DNA of 64,000 bases from the NCBI GenBank assembly GCA_951406725.2, contig OX597822.1, forward strand, positions 60,760,001-60,824,000. Direction: 5' to 3'. The translations under genes and the position numbers were made by a program. The notes beneath the pieces are model-generated. The model made no database searches and had not been told where the DNA came from. It saw only the letters and a list, made by a program, of their open reading frames with translations. The stretch comes from Octopus vulgaris (taxonomy: Eukaryota). Of this stretch, positions 12,391 to 22,544 are shown one piece after another (within the stretch, counting starts at the first letter, position 1; each line of letters begins with the position of its first letter).

Positions 12391-15300
12391 GAGATGGACA
12401 CACAAACATAATAAATAAACATAAACATAAATAAAATTTATTTATTTTACTGTGAACTATTAATCATTTTACCAATGTCAGGTGCAGCTTGATTTAGCTT
12501 TAAACTACATTGGAGAATCTGAATCCATGACAAGCCAAGGTAAGGAGCAATTGTTTATGTTTCCACCATAGTAAATATGTATTGGCTGATTCTAAAAATT
12601 GCAAAAATTGTTACAACCTTTATAGTTAACTTTGTAGTTGACTATGAAATGATAGTGATTCATGAGTATTTTTTCTTTATACAAGGCCTCTCTTATACAA
12701 CTTAGAACTCACCGCTCCTCATGATACATAGATTTATGTCATTTTATAAATTTTATCAATTTTGTTTTAGCAAATACAAACCATCATTAGTTTCCTCAGA
12801 TACTTTTTTTTATCAAAGATATTTTAAGGGTCAGTGTCTTTGTGTATTCAAGATTGATCAATGGACTGCTTCTGTTTTTTTTATGATTTAATCAGAGGAT
12901 GAAGAGTAGCACATATAACAGTAATAGGGCTTCTAAGAACATTGGATCATGATAAAAGAAACCATGTCACATTCACTATTTTAGGAAAGAGCATAATATA
13001 GAGAGATGAAGGGCAGAACACATAACAGTTATATGGCTTCTAAGAATGTTAGGTAAGGGTGGAAGAAATCATGACACACAGTCACTATTATAGGAAGGTG
13101 CATAATATAGAGAGACCTGCTCTAAATGTTTATAACAGAGTAGACTCTATCAAAATATGACTTACAGGTTGTGACAGTAAGAAGGATCACAACAGTATAT
13201 TGAGATTGACCGAATGTTTACAACAATATGGACTCTGCTACAATATGACACATGTATTGTTGCTGCAGGAAGGACTAAATATCATACTGAGATCTGCTCT
13301 AAACATTTACAACAGTATGAACTCTGCTACAATATCCAAGGTTATGGTAGTGATATCAAACTGGTTAATGGGTTAAGTGTACGGAATAAGAACAAGTAGT
13401 TTTTTTTTTGACAAAATTCCACAGTTTCTGTCCAGTTTATCTCAAAAACACTGTGTTATTTTGATGTTATGGTAGAATCACATGACCAGTGTGTTCTGTG
13501 CTGAGATAGAAATCTGTATCAAAGTGATGAGGAAGTGCAGCCAAGTTTGTATCTCTTTATCTTTTACTCTTTTACTTGTTTCAGTCATTTGACTGCGGCC
13601 ATGCTGGAGCACCGCCTTTAGTCAAGCAAATCGACCCCGGAACTTATTCTTTGTAAGCCCAGTACTTATTCTATCGGTCTCTTTTGCCGAACCGCTAAGT
13701 GACGGGGACGTAAACACACCAGCATCGGTTGTCAAGCAATGCGAGGGGGACAAACACAGACACACAAACATATACACACACATACATACATATATATATA
13801 TACATATATACGACAGGCTTCTTTCAGTTTCCATCTACCAAATCCACTCACAAGGCATTGGTTGGCCCGGGGCTATAGCAGAAGACACTTGCCCAAGATG
13901 CCACGCAGTGGGACTGAACCCGGAACCATGTGGTTGGTAAGCAAGCTACTTACCACACAGCCACTCCTGCGCCTATGTAGATTTGACTAGTGATATCTGA
14001 CTTTATGATTTTTGTGATTTAATATGGTATTAACCTTCAGGTAATTGATAGCTGAGTTGTACTCATTCCAACTATTGACTAGGACATGAAGTTAGAAGAA
14101 AACCCTTCATTACAATCGTTCACAAATTTCATAATTTACTACTTTGAACCTTTATATACAGTAATACTGCCATTATACAACGTCAAGTTATTCCTTCTAG
14201 CACATGACAATGGTGTCAGTTTATAAGAACACAAAAACAGGCATAAATAAATGAAAACGAAATTGAGACTAGGTTAAATTTTGCTGAAGCCTGGAATAAA
14301 CTACCTGCATCAGTTATCTGTCAGGATATTGCATCCTTCAAAACTTCCATGATTCCTGAAATTCACCAACAGTACACCTGATGCCCACTGAGCCCGATTA
14401 TTTTTTTTTCTGTTAAGATTTATTTACTGTTCACTTCTTGTGCATATTCTATGTACTGTTCATGCAGTTTTGGTTACTTTTTCTGGTGAGTTGTAGTGCA
14501 TTTGAGCACTGTATACAATACGTTCATTATTATTATTAATAATATTCATTTGAAAGTTGTTCACTTGGAGAAAACAGATGTAAATGAGATGTAAGCCAAC
14601 TGTCTTCATGACAATTTTTACCATGTTCCTTTTTCTTTTTCAAATGAAGAAATACAAGTTGATTCGCTAAAAGAGAAGAAAGTGAAAAGTGAAACTGAAA
14701 CTGCACTGTCAGTGGCTGAAAGCATTGACGAAAAGGAGATGGCCTTGATTTCTGAGAAAGGTATGTTATCAACACCTTGAATAGATTCAGAAGTAATTTT
14801 TCTGACTGTTGACCCTATATTTAAATTATATATAATTATATTATTCATATGTATCTGAGGCTTTATATAGCTATGGTGCAGCCTCACCTGGAATTTGCAT
14901 CACCGGTCTGGAACCCCTATCCTGCCCAAGATATTAATTGTCTGGAAACCGTTCAGCAACATGCAACCAAGAGAATACCCTCCATCAGGCATTTGCCATA
15001 TTCTGAATGCCTTACTTCCTTGGGCATGGATACATTGAAACTCCAACATCTGGCAGCTGACTTGGTAGATACCCATAAAATTATTAACCATCTTACTAAC
15101 AATAACTCTGAGCATCTTTTCAAACTCCACCTGTCTAACACCCGTGAACATGTTTACAAAGTCAGAAAACAGCACAGCTCCCATGACTTCAGGAAATATT
15201 TTTTCATGCTATGAGTTGCTGAAGTATGGAACAAACTACCGGCATCAGTTGTTAGTTGTCGGAGCACTGCATCCTTCAAAACTTCCATGCTTCCTGAGAT

Positions 15301-16069
15301 TCGCCAACACTACACCTGATTTTCTCCCCTCCATACACATGCAAACATGTATCTGACTCATACACTGTTCTCTTCCCAGACGTTTGTACATTACTGCATA
15401 TGCCTTATACACACTTTTGACAAGTTGTGGTGCACCTGAGCACTGTATTCAATAATTTCATTATTATTATCATTATTATTATATTTAAACTACATTTTGA
15501 TTGGTTTCATTTCCTGTCATTATCAAGTGTCTTAATCTTGAGATATGTACATGACCCCCAAACTAAATTTGAACAAGAAAGTTATTTCTACAGTAAGGAT
15601 AGTAATGTTCATATTCACTAAGCCACTACTGTTAGTTTATCAATGAAAACATAACATATTATTAAAATTGTAACTACACATTCTAAAAGGTTAATACTCT
15701 GGTGCATTATAATCTTAATAACAACTCATGTCACGTATTTAAACAATCTATAAAATAGATGTTTCATGTAAAGTCTAGAAAGACTGATTTCTTTTAGTTT
15801 TCACTTTATATATATATACCAATTAAGGACTGAACACGAAAAAGTGGACAGTCAACATGCTAGATATAGACGTCAAATCGCCATTCTCCACATAGACTTT
15901 TTGTGGAGAATGGTGATTTGACGTCTATATCTAGCATGTTGACTGTCCACTTTTTCGTGTTCAGTCCTTAATTGGTATATATAAATATTTTAATCTTCGG
16001 ATTCTTTCTTTAATATGCTAGACCACTGGTTCTAATTGATAAATATCAATTTTTACCCTAAATTTAATG

Positions 16070-16107
<38 letters not shown>

Positions 16108-16292
16108 CAGAGATGTACTTGCATAGCGAGTGACTTGATCTGAGATCGTGTGCTGGAACAAAAACAATTGCAACGTGGAAGATGTTTATAAGCCATTTAA
16201 GAAACACACAAAAACCGTTAAATGTTGAAGTGAATCTAACGGTTTTTGTGTGTTTCTTAAATGGCTTATAAACACCTTCCACACTGCAATTG

Positions 16293-16338
<46 letters not shown>

Positions 16339-16832
16339 CCGAAGACTGTTTGATTTCATTATTTTCCTTCTTTTTTTGCCTGTGTGAGTTACAGAGAGGG
16401 TTGTCTGTGGAGTCATATTTTGTAGCGAAAAGAAATAACGGTCTTTTGGCTGCTATTTCTAAATTTTTCAGTATGTGGTCAAGCAACTTGTTGCTAAACC
16501 CTTAATTATTGTTATAATTATATATAAAACTTTTTGTATAAGTTTTTACCGAATATGGTTCCTTTCCATACCGAAACTACTTGGTGAAATTTATTAATTA
16601 TAAATTAATAATTTAACCCACAAGAGTAAACAAGAGAGACAGAGACAGGCAGAAACAAGGAAAATACCACTTGTATTTGAACACTATACAAATATCCTTT
16701 TAAAAAACTTTTCTTTGAATTTTTCTAAATTTAATTATTTAATTGTTACAATTGAAAAAGTCTCAATGACTGAAACCGGTACTGAAATGTTCTTTATAAA
16801 ATTATTTTAGCATTTTCTATCCTGACTTGCTT

Positions 16833-16870
<38 letters not shown>

Positions 16871-19552
16871 ATAAACGGTAAGATAACAAAAGGAAGAAAG
16901 AGACCTCAATATTATGTAAATAGAGGAAATTTATCTATACAATATGTTACATTACTCGGTAGTCAAGATAAAACTCTGAGTTTCAGATGCCGAAGTGGAA
17001 ATCCACAACACCATCTCTTCGGTTATCTGGCTATTTGAAAACGTTATGAAAAAATACCGTTAAAAATGAAGGGAAATTACTCTGTTATAACTCTGCTTTG
17101 CCTGCGTACTTATACATCGCTCGCATTTTTCGTCATAAAAATTATATAAAAATACATAAAAATATATAAAAATATATAAAAATATATAAAATCTTCTTGG
17201 GACATTACACAGAAAGCATGTTCTATCCGTTTTCTTTAGGGGACCAAAAACGTAACAGAAATTTAGTCACATGTGGGCATGATCCGAAAAGCTCTGTCCT
17301 TGTATTTAGACATGTGGTAGGGTCTAAGCTGCTTTTCCAGATAAGCCATCTCTCCATGTCGCATAAACCGCACCTTCCGCTGCCGTTAGTATAGGGCTTA
17401 CATCTGGCCAAAATCTTCCATTGTATGTTATAATCGACACCTTTATCTCTTAAAGACCAAATATGATTGGATAATTGTGTCGCTTTTCTTTTGTTCCAGT
17501 GCCTAAAGCTCAAAGTGTGGTTATTGAACCTGGCCTTGAAATTACCCTCTGTCAGGCCCACGTATTTCTTTGTCGAAACGGTGTCTTTAGTGGTTATAGA
17601 GTTTACGGTAGCTTCATATATGATGGTCTTGGACATGCAAGCTCCATTTAGCGGGCACAATTCTTTATTCCTGCATGAACAGCTGTTTTCTTCTTGTGTT
17701 TTTTGTATGTTATGATTGATTATGTTTTTAAAATTGGTAGTTGAACTAAAACTAATTTTTAAATTGTGTCTATTGAAGAGTTTCCTATAAGCATGGTTAA
17801 CTGGAAAATGTCTATCTATCAGTGCTAGGAAATATTTACCTATATTGAAGGCCACCTCGGGTGAGTAAGGGGCGTAAACCAGATGACCTTCCTATTTCTA
17901 TTATTCCTTTTCCTTATTGTTGGGCTGGTGATAGGTGTATATTTTATTTTTTCGCTAAAACCACTATCTTTTAAAGCTTTATTATAAACTGGGGCAACGC
18001 TATTGAAGATGTCCTCATTAGATGAGAGGCTAGAAATCCTCTTACTAATATTTTTAACTAAATTTTTGAATACTATAGGGGGATGGCATGAACCTACATT
18101 AATATAACTTAGTCTATCATTGGGCTTCCTATAAGGCTTATAAATATTATTATTAAGATCTAAGGAAACGTCTAAGAAATTGACAACCGTCAGGTTAGTG
18201 TCTATAGTTATACTAAGTCCGAAGTGTTTCATTAACTGGATAATATCCTTCCTAAAACGATCTTGTGCTGGACTTAGTATAACTATAGACACTAACCTGA
18301 CGGTTGTCAATTTCTTAGACGTTTCCTTAGATCTTAATAATAATATTTATAAGCCTTATAGGAAGCCCAATGATAGACTAAGTTATATTAATGTAGGTTC
18401 ATGCCATCCCCCTATAGTATTCAAAAATTTAGTTAAAAATATTAGTAAGAGGATTTCTAGCCTCTCATCTAATGAGGACATCTTCAATAGCGTTGCCCCA
18501 GTTTATAATAAAGCTTTAAAAGATAGTGGTTTTAGCGAAAAAATAAAATATACACCTATCACCAGCCCAACAATAAGGAAAAGGAATAATAGAAATAGGA
18601 AGGTCATCTGGTTTACGCCCCTTACTCACCCGAGGTGGCCTTCAATATAGGTAAATATTTCCTAGCACTGATAGATAGACATTTTCCAGTTAACCATGCT
18701 TATAGGAAACTCTTCAATAGACACAATTTAAAAATTAGTTTTAGTTCAACTACCAATTTTAAAACATAATCAATCATAACATACAAAAAACACAAGAAGA
18801 AAACAGCTGTTCATGCAGGAATAAAGAATTGTGCCCGCTAAATGGAGCTTGCATGTCCAAGACCATCATATATGAAGCTACCGTAAACTCTATAACCACT
18901 AAAGACACCGTTTCGACAAAGAAATACGTGGGCCTGACAGAGGGTAATTTCAAGGCCAGGTTCAATAACCACACTTTGAGCTTTAGGCACTGGAACAAAA
19001 GAAAAGCGACACAATTATCCAATCATATTTGGTCTTTAAGAGATAAAGGTGTCGATTATAACATACAATGGAAGATTTTGGCCAGATGTAAGCCCTATAC
19101 TAACGGCAGCGGAAGGTGCGGTTTATGCGACATGGAGAGATGGCTTATCTGGAAAAGCAGCTTAGACCCTACCACATGTCTAAATACAAGGACAGAGCTT
19201 TTCGGATCATGCCCACATGTGACTAAATTTCTGTTACGTTTTTGGTCCCCTAAAGAAAACGGATAGAACATGCTTTCTGTGTAATGTCCCAAGAAGATTT
19301 TATATATTTTTATATATTTTTATATATTTTTATGTATTTTTATATAATTTTTATGACGAAAAATGCGAGCGATGTATAAGTACGCAGGCAAAGCAGAGTT
19401 ATAACAGAGTAATTTCCCTTCATTTTTAACGGTATTTTTTCATAACGTTTTCAAATAGCCAGATAACCGAAGAGATGGTGTTGTGGATTTCCACTTCGGC
19501 ATCTGAAACTCAGAGTTTTATCTTGACTACCGAGTAATGTAACATATTGTAT

Positions 19553-19620
<68 letters not shown>

Positions 19621-21442
19621 TTATGGCCTGTTCGTAAGGTTACCCAAGATTTCGTATTCATTAAGCGTCCATTCACATACATCTCGTTAGACCCTAATGG
19701 GCGGTGGCCTATAACCTCTCTCCTAAATGGAGGGGAAACGGTCTCATTGCTAGTTTTTGTACACACAAAAAAGATCAAGCGCAGTGCAAAGGATTATCTC
19801 CCTTAGACCACTACCCAGTAAGGTCCTATATAGAATAGCTGGAGCCAACTTTGGAGTTATTGTATGGTCATTGAGAACAATGGGTGAGTTTCAGTTTAGT
19901 GACTGGGAGACCTAACAAGGTCTACCAGTGTCATTAGATCGAACAAGGGAGTTTCTATGTAGTTACAGGAACCAACCAGGGAGTCAATGTAACCACTGCG
20001 ACTAAGCTAGGAAATCTCTTTATGGTCACTGGAGCCTTTTCATTGTCAATGGATTCAACAAGGGAGCTTGTATGAGACTATTGGAGGGAAGAAGGAAGCT
20101 TCTTTGACAGAAAGGTATAAACATGATATATTCCCTGTGCCTTTTCATGAGTTTTCTTTTTCTATATTTTGTTACATTATTTCCTATTTGAAAATGGTTT
20201 CCTTTTATGGTACTAATGGCTTGGGGAAAAACATAAATATCACATATTCCTTTTGTGTTTGCATTAGATATTGTACTTTTTTTTATCTTGTTACTGTAAT
20301 AGGAAACTTCTACTACAAGTCAACAAAGAAGCTTCTGCATGACTTGCAAAGGCTCAAGAGGAACATTAAAGGCATTGGTCCTACCACTCTGTGAGAGCTT
20401 GCAATGGCTATGGGCACTGTCCTTCCTTCAGACCTACTAAATTAAAAATTATGATGTTTTGTAAATATTATACAGTGTAAAATAGAAAAGTGAATATTGT
20501 TATGTACTGGGTATATATATTTACTAGGCATCAGAAACTAAGCAACTTTTACGAAATTTTGTTTAGCTGTGGTTTTATAGTGCTATATGCATTTCAGAGA
20601 TATTTATCCACCTGGACAGGATGGCAATCTATTTTAGGTAATACTCCCAGCTGATTTCTTATCTATTTCTTCTATCAGCCAAATACTCTGAAGGGATGTA
20701 AGAAGTGTTCTGTACTTGAAACATCAACCGGGAATAGATGAGCCAATAGTTCATCCACTCAGCTAGCTCACCTCTGTCCCAGTTAGGTAGTGATTAACTA
20801 GATTTACTAGGATTAATTGAATTTAAATATCAACAGAAGAATTTCTTACATATTTTGTCTGTGATTTATTAGTCAAAATACTGAGAATGTTTGAGAACTT
20901 GTTGACTGTTTTTATTGGCCAGAATACTGAAATTATTTAACCACTTATTGATTATGTCATACTGGTCAGAATACTAAGATCATTTATTTATTGAATGTGA
21001 CACCTGAGACCAGAGAGACTGACATAGTTGGTAATCTGTTTAAATATGTGTAAATCAATGTATGTGGTAAAAATTGTTTGTGTGATGGTCTAAATGTAAG
21101 ATCAATTGATTTCTAACTTCTCAAGGACAACTAAATAATTATTTCTTTTCTTACCGTTCTATCATTTAATTGTCTCTTTCACATATCCTAGAGGAAGCTA
21201 AAAAATACTTGAGAAAAATCATCACAGAATTCTTACAAGCTAAAATCAATGAGCTGAAAATTACAGTAAACACAAAGTTAAAGGAATCTGAAGTGATGTT
21301 GAATAATAAACTGGAAATTGCTGGCTACAATGAATATCTTAAAAGACATACAACAAGAAAATTTCTCAAATTAGGGAGAAGAATAACAACCATTGAAGGA
21401 TGTTTCAAAACAAAAGACAAAGACAAAAGTTCATACTACTAA
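1453..21442 (+). CDS. CFAP119: CFAP119/CCDC189-like gene, paralog A (5' partial; join 1453-1518,4428-4597,5795-5865,9128-9244,12482-12539,14650-14760,21192-21442)
   Basis: All exons have AG/GT boundaries and compatible phases, giving an open frame: (W)NDLNPEQSETLMKAPTLKKVKD ILAEIFKL...[51 protein letters not shown]...[28 protein letters not shown]...[11 protein letters not shown]...NNKLE...[22 protein letters not shown] matches the human CCDC189/CFAP119 CLAMP domain as recalled from memory. Confidence 0.9.
2840..3200 (+). mobile_element. Degenerate CR1/L2-group LINE ORF2 3' fragment
   Basis: YYVQSFFPRMLALWNSLLVHIFP resembles the terminal SFFPRT..LWN.LP motif of CR1-group ORF2. Confidence 0.55.
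3512..3828 (-). mobile_element. tRNA-headed SINE with Meta-like central domain
   Basis: The minus strand has A/B-box-like head, then TTGAGCAAGACACTTTACTTCACGTTGCTCCAGTCCACTCAGCTG..AAATGAGTA; the same domain occurs at 46844-47195. Confidence 0.65.
4428..4597 (+). CDS. CFAP119: CFAP119 paralog A exon 4
   Basis: tttttag|TATTCTTGCT...TGTACTG|gtaagt, 170 bp, ILAEIFKL...HEVCT. Confidence 0.92.
5795..5865 (+). CDS. CFAP119: CFAP119 paralog A exon 5
   Basis: ttttcag|AAAGTCCC...GTCAGT|gtaagt, 71 bp, SPFGNLDDTFNFFKDILLHHSVS. Confidence 0.92.
6052..7250 (-). mobile_element. Mariner (DD34D) transposon, degenerate
   Basis: TIRs TTGGGTCATCCCATAAAT, TA duplications (6050-51, 7251-52); transposase remnants [18 protein letters not shown] and WVPHKL; same family as 56210-57481. 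Confidence 0.92.
7598..8240 (+). mobile_element. RTE-type LINE 3' end with trinucleotide tail
   Basis: Terminal peptide EAMTKDRDLWRYAVTAKTRQIT*, 3' UTR with repeated gtggcacgtaaaaagcacc units, tail (GAC/TAC/TAT)n. Related copies at 10160-10447, 33566-34080(-), 39815-40156, 52260-52365, 52507-52790. Confidence 0.75.
8658..9038 (+). mobile_element. tRNA-derived SINE family 1
   Basis: Head ggcataggagtggttgtttggtaagtagc, B box GGTTCAGTCCC, internal (TG)n, tail (GTAAAAGA)n; at least nine near-full copies in the window. Confidence 0.88.
9128..9244 (+). CDS. CFAP119: CFAP119 paralog A exon 6
   Basis: tttctag|CGTCCACCA...CCACAG|gtaaat, 117 bp, RPPYSSELF...[15 protein letters not shown]. Confidence 0.93.
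9690..10130 (-). mobile_element. Penelope-like pLTR/3' remnant with hammerhead (9876-9920)
   Basis: Minus strand GTCA-CTGAAGA-A-GTCAC-AGGATGT-ATGAC-GAAA-GATTTC-AGAC; 9780-9850 resembles 53645-53720 of the PLE at 53.6-56.2 kb. Confidence 0.6.
10491..11015 (+). mobile_element. Non-coding retrozyme-like / partial tandem pLTR element in (TA)n
   Basis: Perfect 125-bp direct repeats (10491-10615, 10891-11015; period 400), internal hammerhead, TA tracts on both sides. Confidence 0.75.
10771..10844 (+). ncRNA. Type I hammerhead ribozyme (CCGAUGA core variant)
   Basis: Stem I CTCTTA/TAAGAG; core CCGATGA; stem II TTCT..AGTAAT..ATTACT..AGAAC; GAAA; palindromic stem III ACTGCAGT; GUC site, predicted cut after 10838. 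Confidence 0.8.
11391..11710 (-). mobile_element. Mariner-type transposase C-terminal fragment with one TIR
   Basis: Minus strand HLPYLPDLSPTDFQLF..MK..LKGHRF and DQCIVAQGDYFKGDD; TIR caaggtggtatcaaaaagttccc. Confidence 0.65.
12482..12539 (+). CDS. CFAP119: CFAP119 paralog A exon 7
   Basis: tcag|GTGCAGCTT...AGCCAAG|gtaagg, 58 bp, VQLDLALNYIGESESMTSQ. Confidence 0.9.
13561..13973 (-). mobile_element. SINE family 1
   Basis: Full-length reverse copy with many CpGs intact (young). Confidence 0.88.
14281..14538 (+). mobile_element. CR1-type LINE 3' UTR fragment
   Basis: Similar to 15216-15480; ends in (ATT)n. Confidence 0.65.
14650..14760 (+). CDS. CFAP119: CFAP119 paralog A exon 8 (alternative in-frame acceptor at 14659)
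   Basis: Pyrimidine tract, aag| acceptor, donor GAAAG|gtatgt; E/K-rich linker homologous to 58594-58683. Confidence 0.75.
14850..15480 (+). mobile_element. CR1-type LINE, 5'-truncated (RT C-terminus + 3' UTR)
   Basis: LYIAMVQPHLEFASPVWNPY...DINCLETVQQHATKRIPSIRHLPYSECL is a CR1-type motif; (ATT)n tail; absent from the paralog B intron. Confidence 0.88.
15811..16070 (+). mobile_element. Mini fold-back insertion (82-bp inverted arms + 87-bp tail) in (TA)n
   Basis: Arms 15811-15892 and 15902-15983 with one mismatch; unpaired tail to 16070; TA flanks. Confidence 0.7.
16105..16294 (-). mobile_element. Mini fold-back insertion (58-bp inverted arms + about 58-bp tail) in (TA)n
   Basis: Arms 16163-16220 and 16237-16294; tail 16105-16162; TA flanks. 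Confidence 0.7.
16333..16836 (+). mobile_element. Probable pLTR remnant with degenerate hammerhead (16749-16784)
   Basis: TTGAAAA-A-GTC-TCAAT-GAC-T-GAAA-CCGGT-A with palindromic stem III ACCGGT; TA flanks. Confidence 0.45.
16868..19557 (-). mobile_element. Penelope-like retroelement, 5'-truncated, as a 2.6 kb palindrome
   Basis: RT thumb (VNFLDVSLDL..YKPYRKPND..YINVGSCHPP), Cys linker, C-terminal GIY-YIG (IIYEATV..YVGLTEGNFKARFNNH). Arms 16932-18220 and 18270-19557, 49-bp spacer, 64-bp tail, TA flanks. Confidence 0.95.
19456..19529 (+). ncRNA. Type I hammerhead in the PLE pLTR (CCGAAGA core); mirror copy 16960-17033 on minus strand
   Basis: Stem I AGATAA/TTATCT; core CCGAAGA; stem II GATG..GTGGA-TT-TCCAC..CATC; GAAA; stem III ACTC-A-GAGT; GUU site. 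Confidence 0.72.
21192..21442 (+). CDS. CFAP119: CFAP119 paralog A exon 9 (terminal, coiled coil)
   Basis: cctag|AGGAAGCT...TACTAA; [42 protein letters not shown]; homologous to 60234-60421. Confidence 0.9.
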
Positions 21443-21709
21443 GGTGACAGGATATTTTTTGTTTGTGACAGTTAAATATATAAGAAAAAGAATAGTAATG
21501 AGAAAAAAATTAACAAGGAAAGAAACTTATTTTCTGTTCAAAAATATTTACTAATATACTCCAATTTCTAACATTGTAACAAGGGTTGATGGCGAATAGA
21601 ATCAGCATCAGTCAATGACTAGAAGGTATCTATTGACCCTGGAAAGATGAAATACAAAATTGACCTTGGTAGAATTATTACAGGGGGAAAATAATGCATC
21701 ATGCAACAC

Positions 21710-21715
21710 AATAAA
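21710..21715 (+). terminator. Putative polyadenylation signal, paralog A
   Basis: AATAAA about 270 bp after the stop, at a position homologous to AATAAA at 60666 in paralog B. Confidence 0.5.
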
Positions 21716-21944
21716 AATAAAGGTTTAGTTTTATGACAAAAATGAAAAGATTATAATGATTTACTTTTTTGATACTAACTTTATGTAAAATAAAATTTAA
21801 ACAAAATTATGAAAAGTCTTCAGCTTTTAAATCTATGGTTAAATCTGTTTCCATTATTTACAAAAACTATATATTGAACTTATATTTCATAGATCATACA
21901 TTTTTCTAGTGCCATCAGATATGACCTGTCATTTCTGTCTCTTT

Positions 21945-22005
<61 letters not shown>

Positions 22006-22544
22006 CATCCATCCATCCATCCATCCATCCATCCATCCTTTCTATTCTTCTAACTCTCTCTATGTTTAAATTTGCTATGAGGCTGTCTTTTCCTTCTTCC
22101 ATATATTTCCCATTCAAAGCTTGTTTGTTAATCTTCCTTCACTCTGTTCTCAAATGATGATCTTTATATTTTCATTATCTTTTCTTAATTATTGGTGATA
22201 TTATGGTTCACCAAACAGACCTCAGTTTCAACAATAATTTTATATTTTCAATTTCAGCAAGCTTGTGCTTTAAACTCCTTTAAATGCAGTTGAAGTATTT
22301 ATTTTTAAATGAGGCTAATTGTTCTCAAATTACTTGATCATTTTTGACTGTTCCAAGGACATTATTAATTAGATATAACATCTTAAACTGAATTTAAATT
22401 TGTAATTTTATGCTTCAGCTATAAATATAGATTTAACTCTATTATGTGCATATTTTTAGAATCTTTTATATATCTATTTTCAATATTCCCATTTGTCAAC
22501 CAATTACAACAATTTCTTATATGGTCCAACCACAATATGCAGAT

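Noticed and set aside
13622-13990. Recurrent ORFs such as [16 protein letters not shown].. and [16 protein letters not shown].. suggesting a gene family
   Set aside because: All fall within copies of SINE family 1, and the frames are not conserved between copies
16932-19557. Palindrome as a pure assembly or fold-back read artefact
   Set aside because: The same tail and arm end point recur in the diverged miniature at 45084-45362, and unique sequence resumes on both sides. Read-level confirmation is still advisable.
21170-21442. Stand-alone 90-aa ORF starting at TTG
   Set aside because: It is the terminal exon of CFAP119 paralog A; 21170-21191 is intron (pyrimidine tract and AG)
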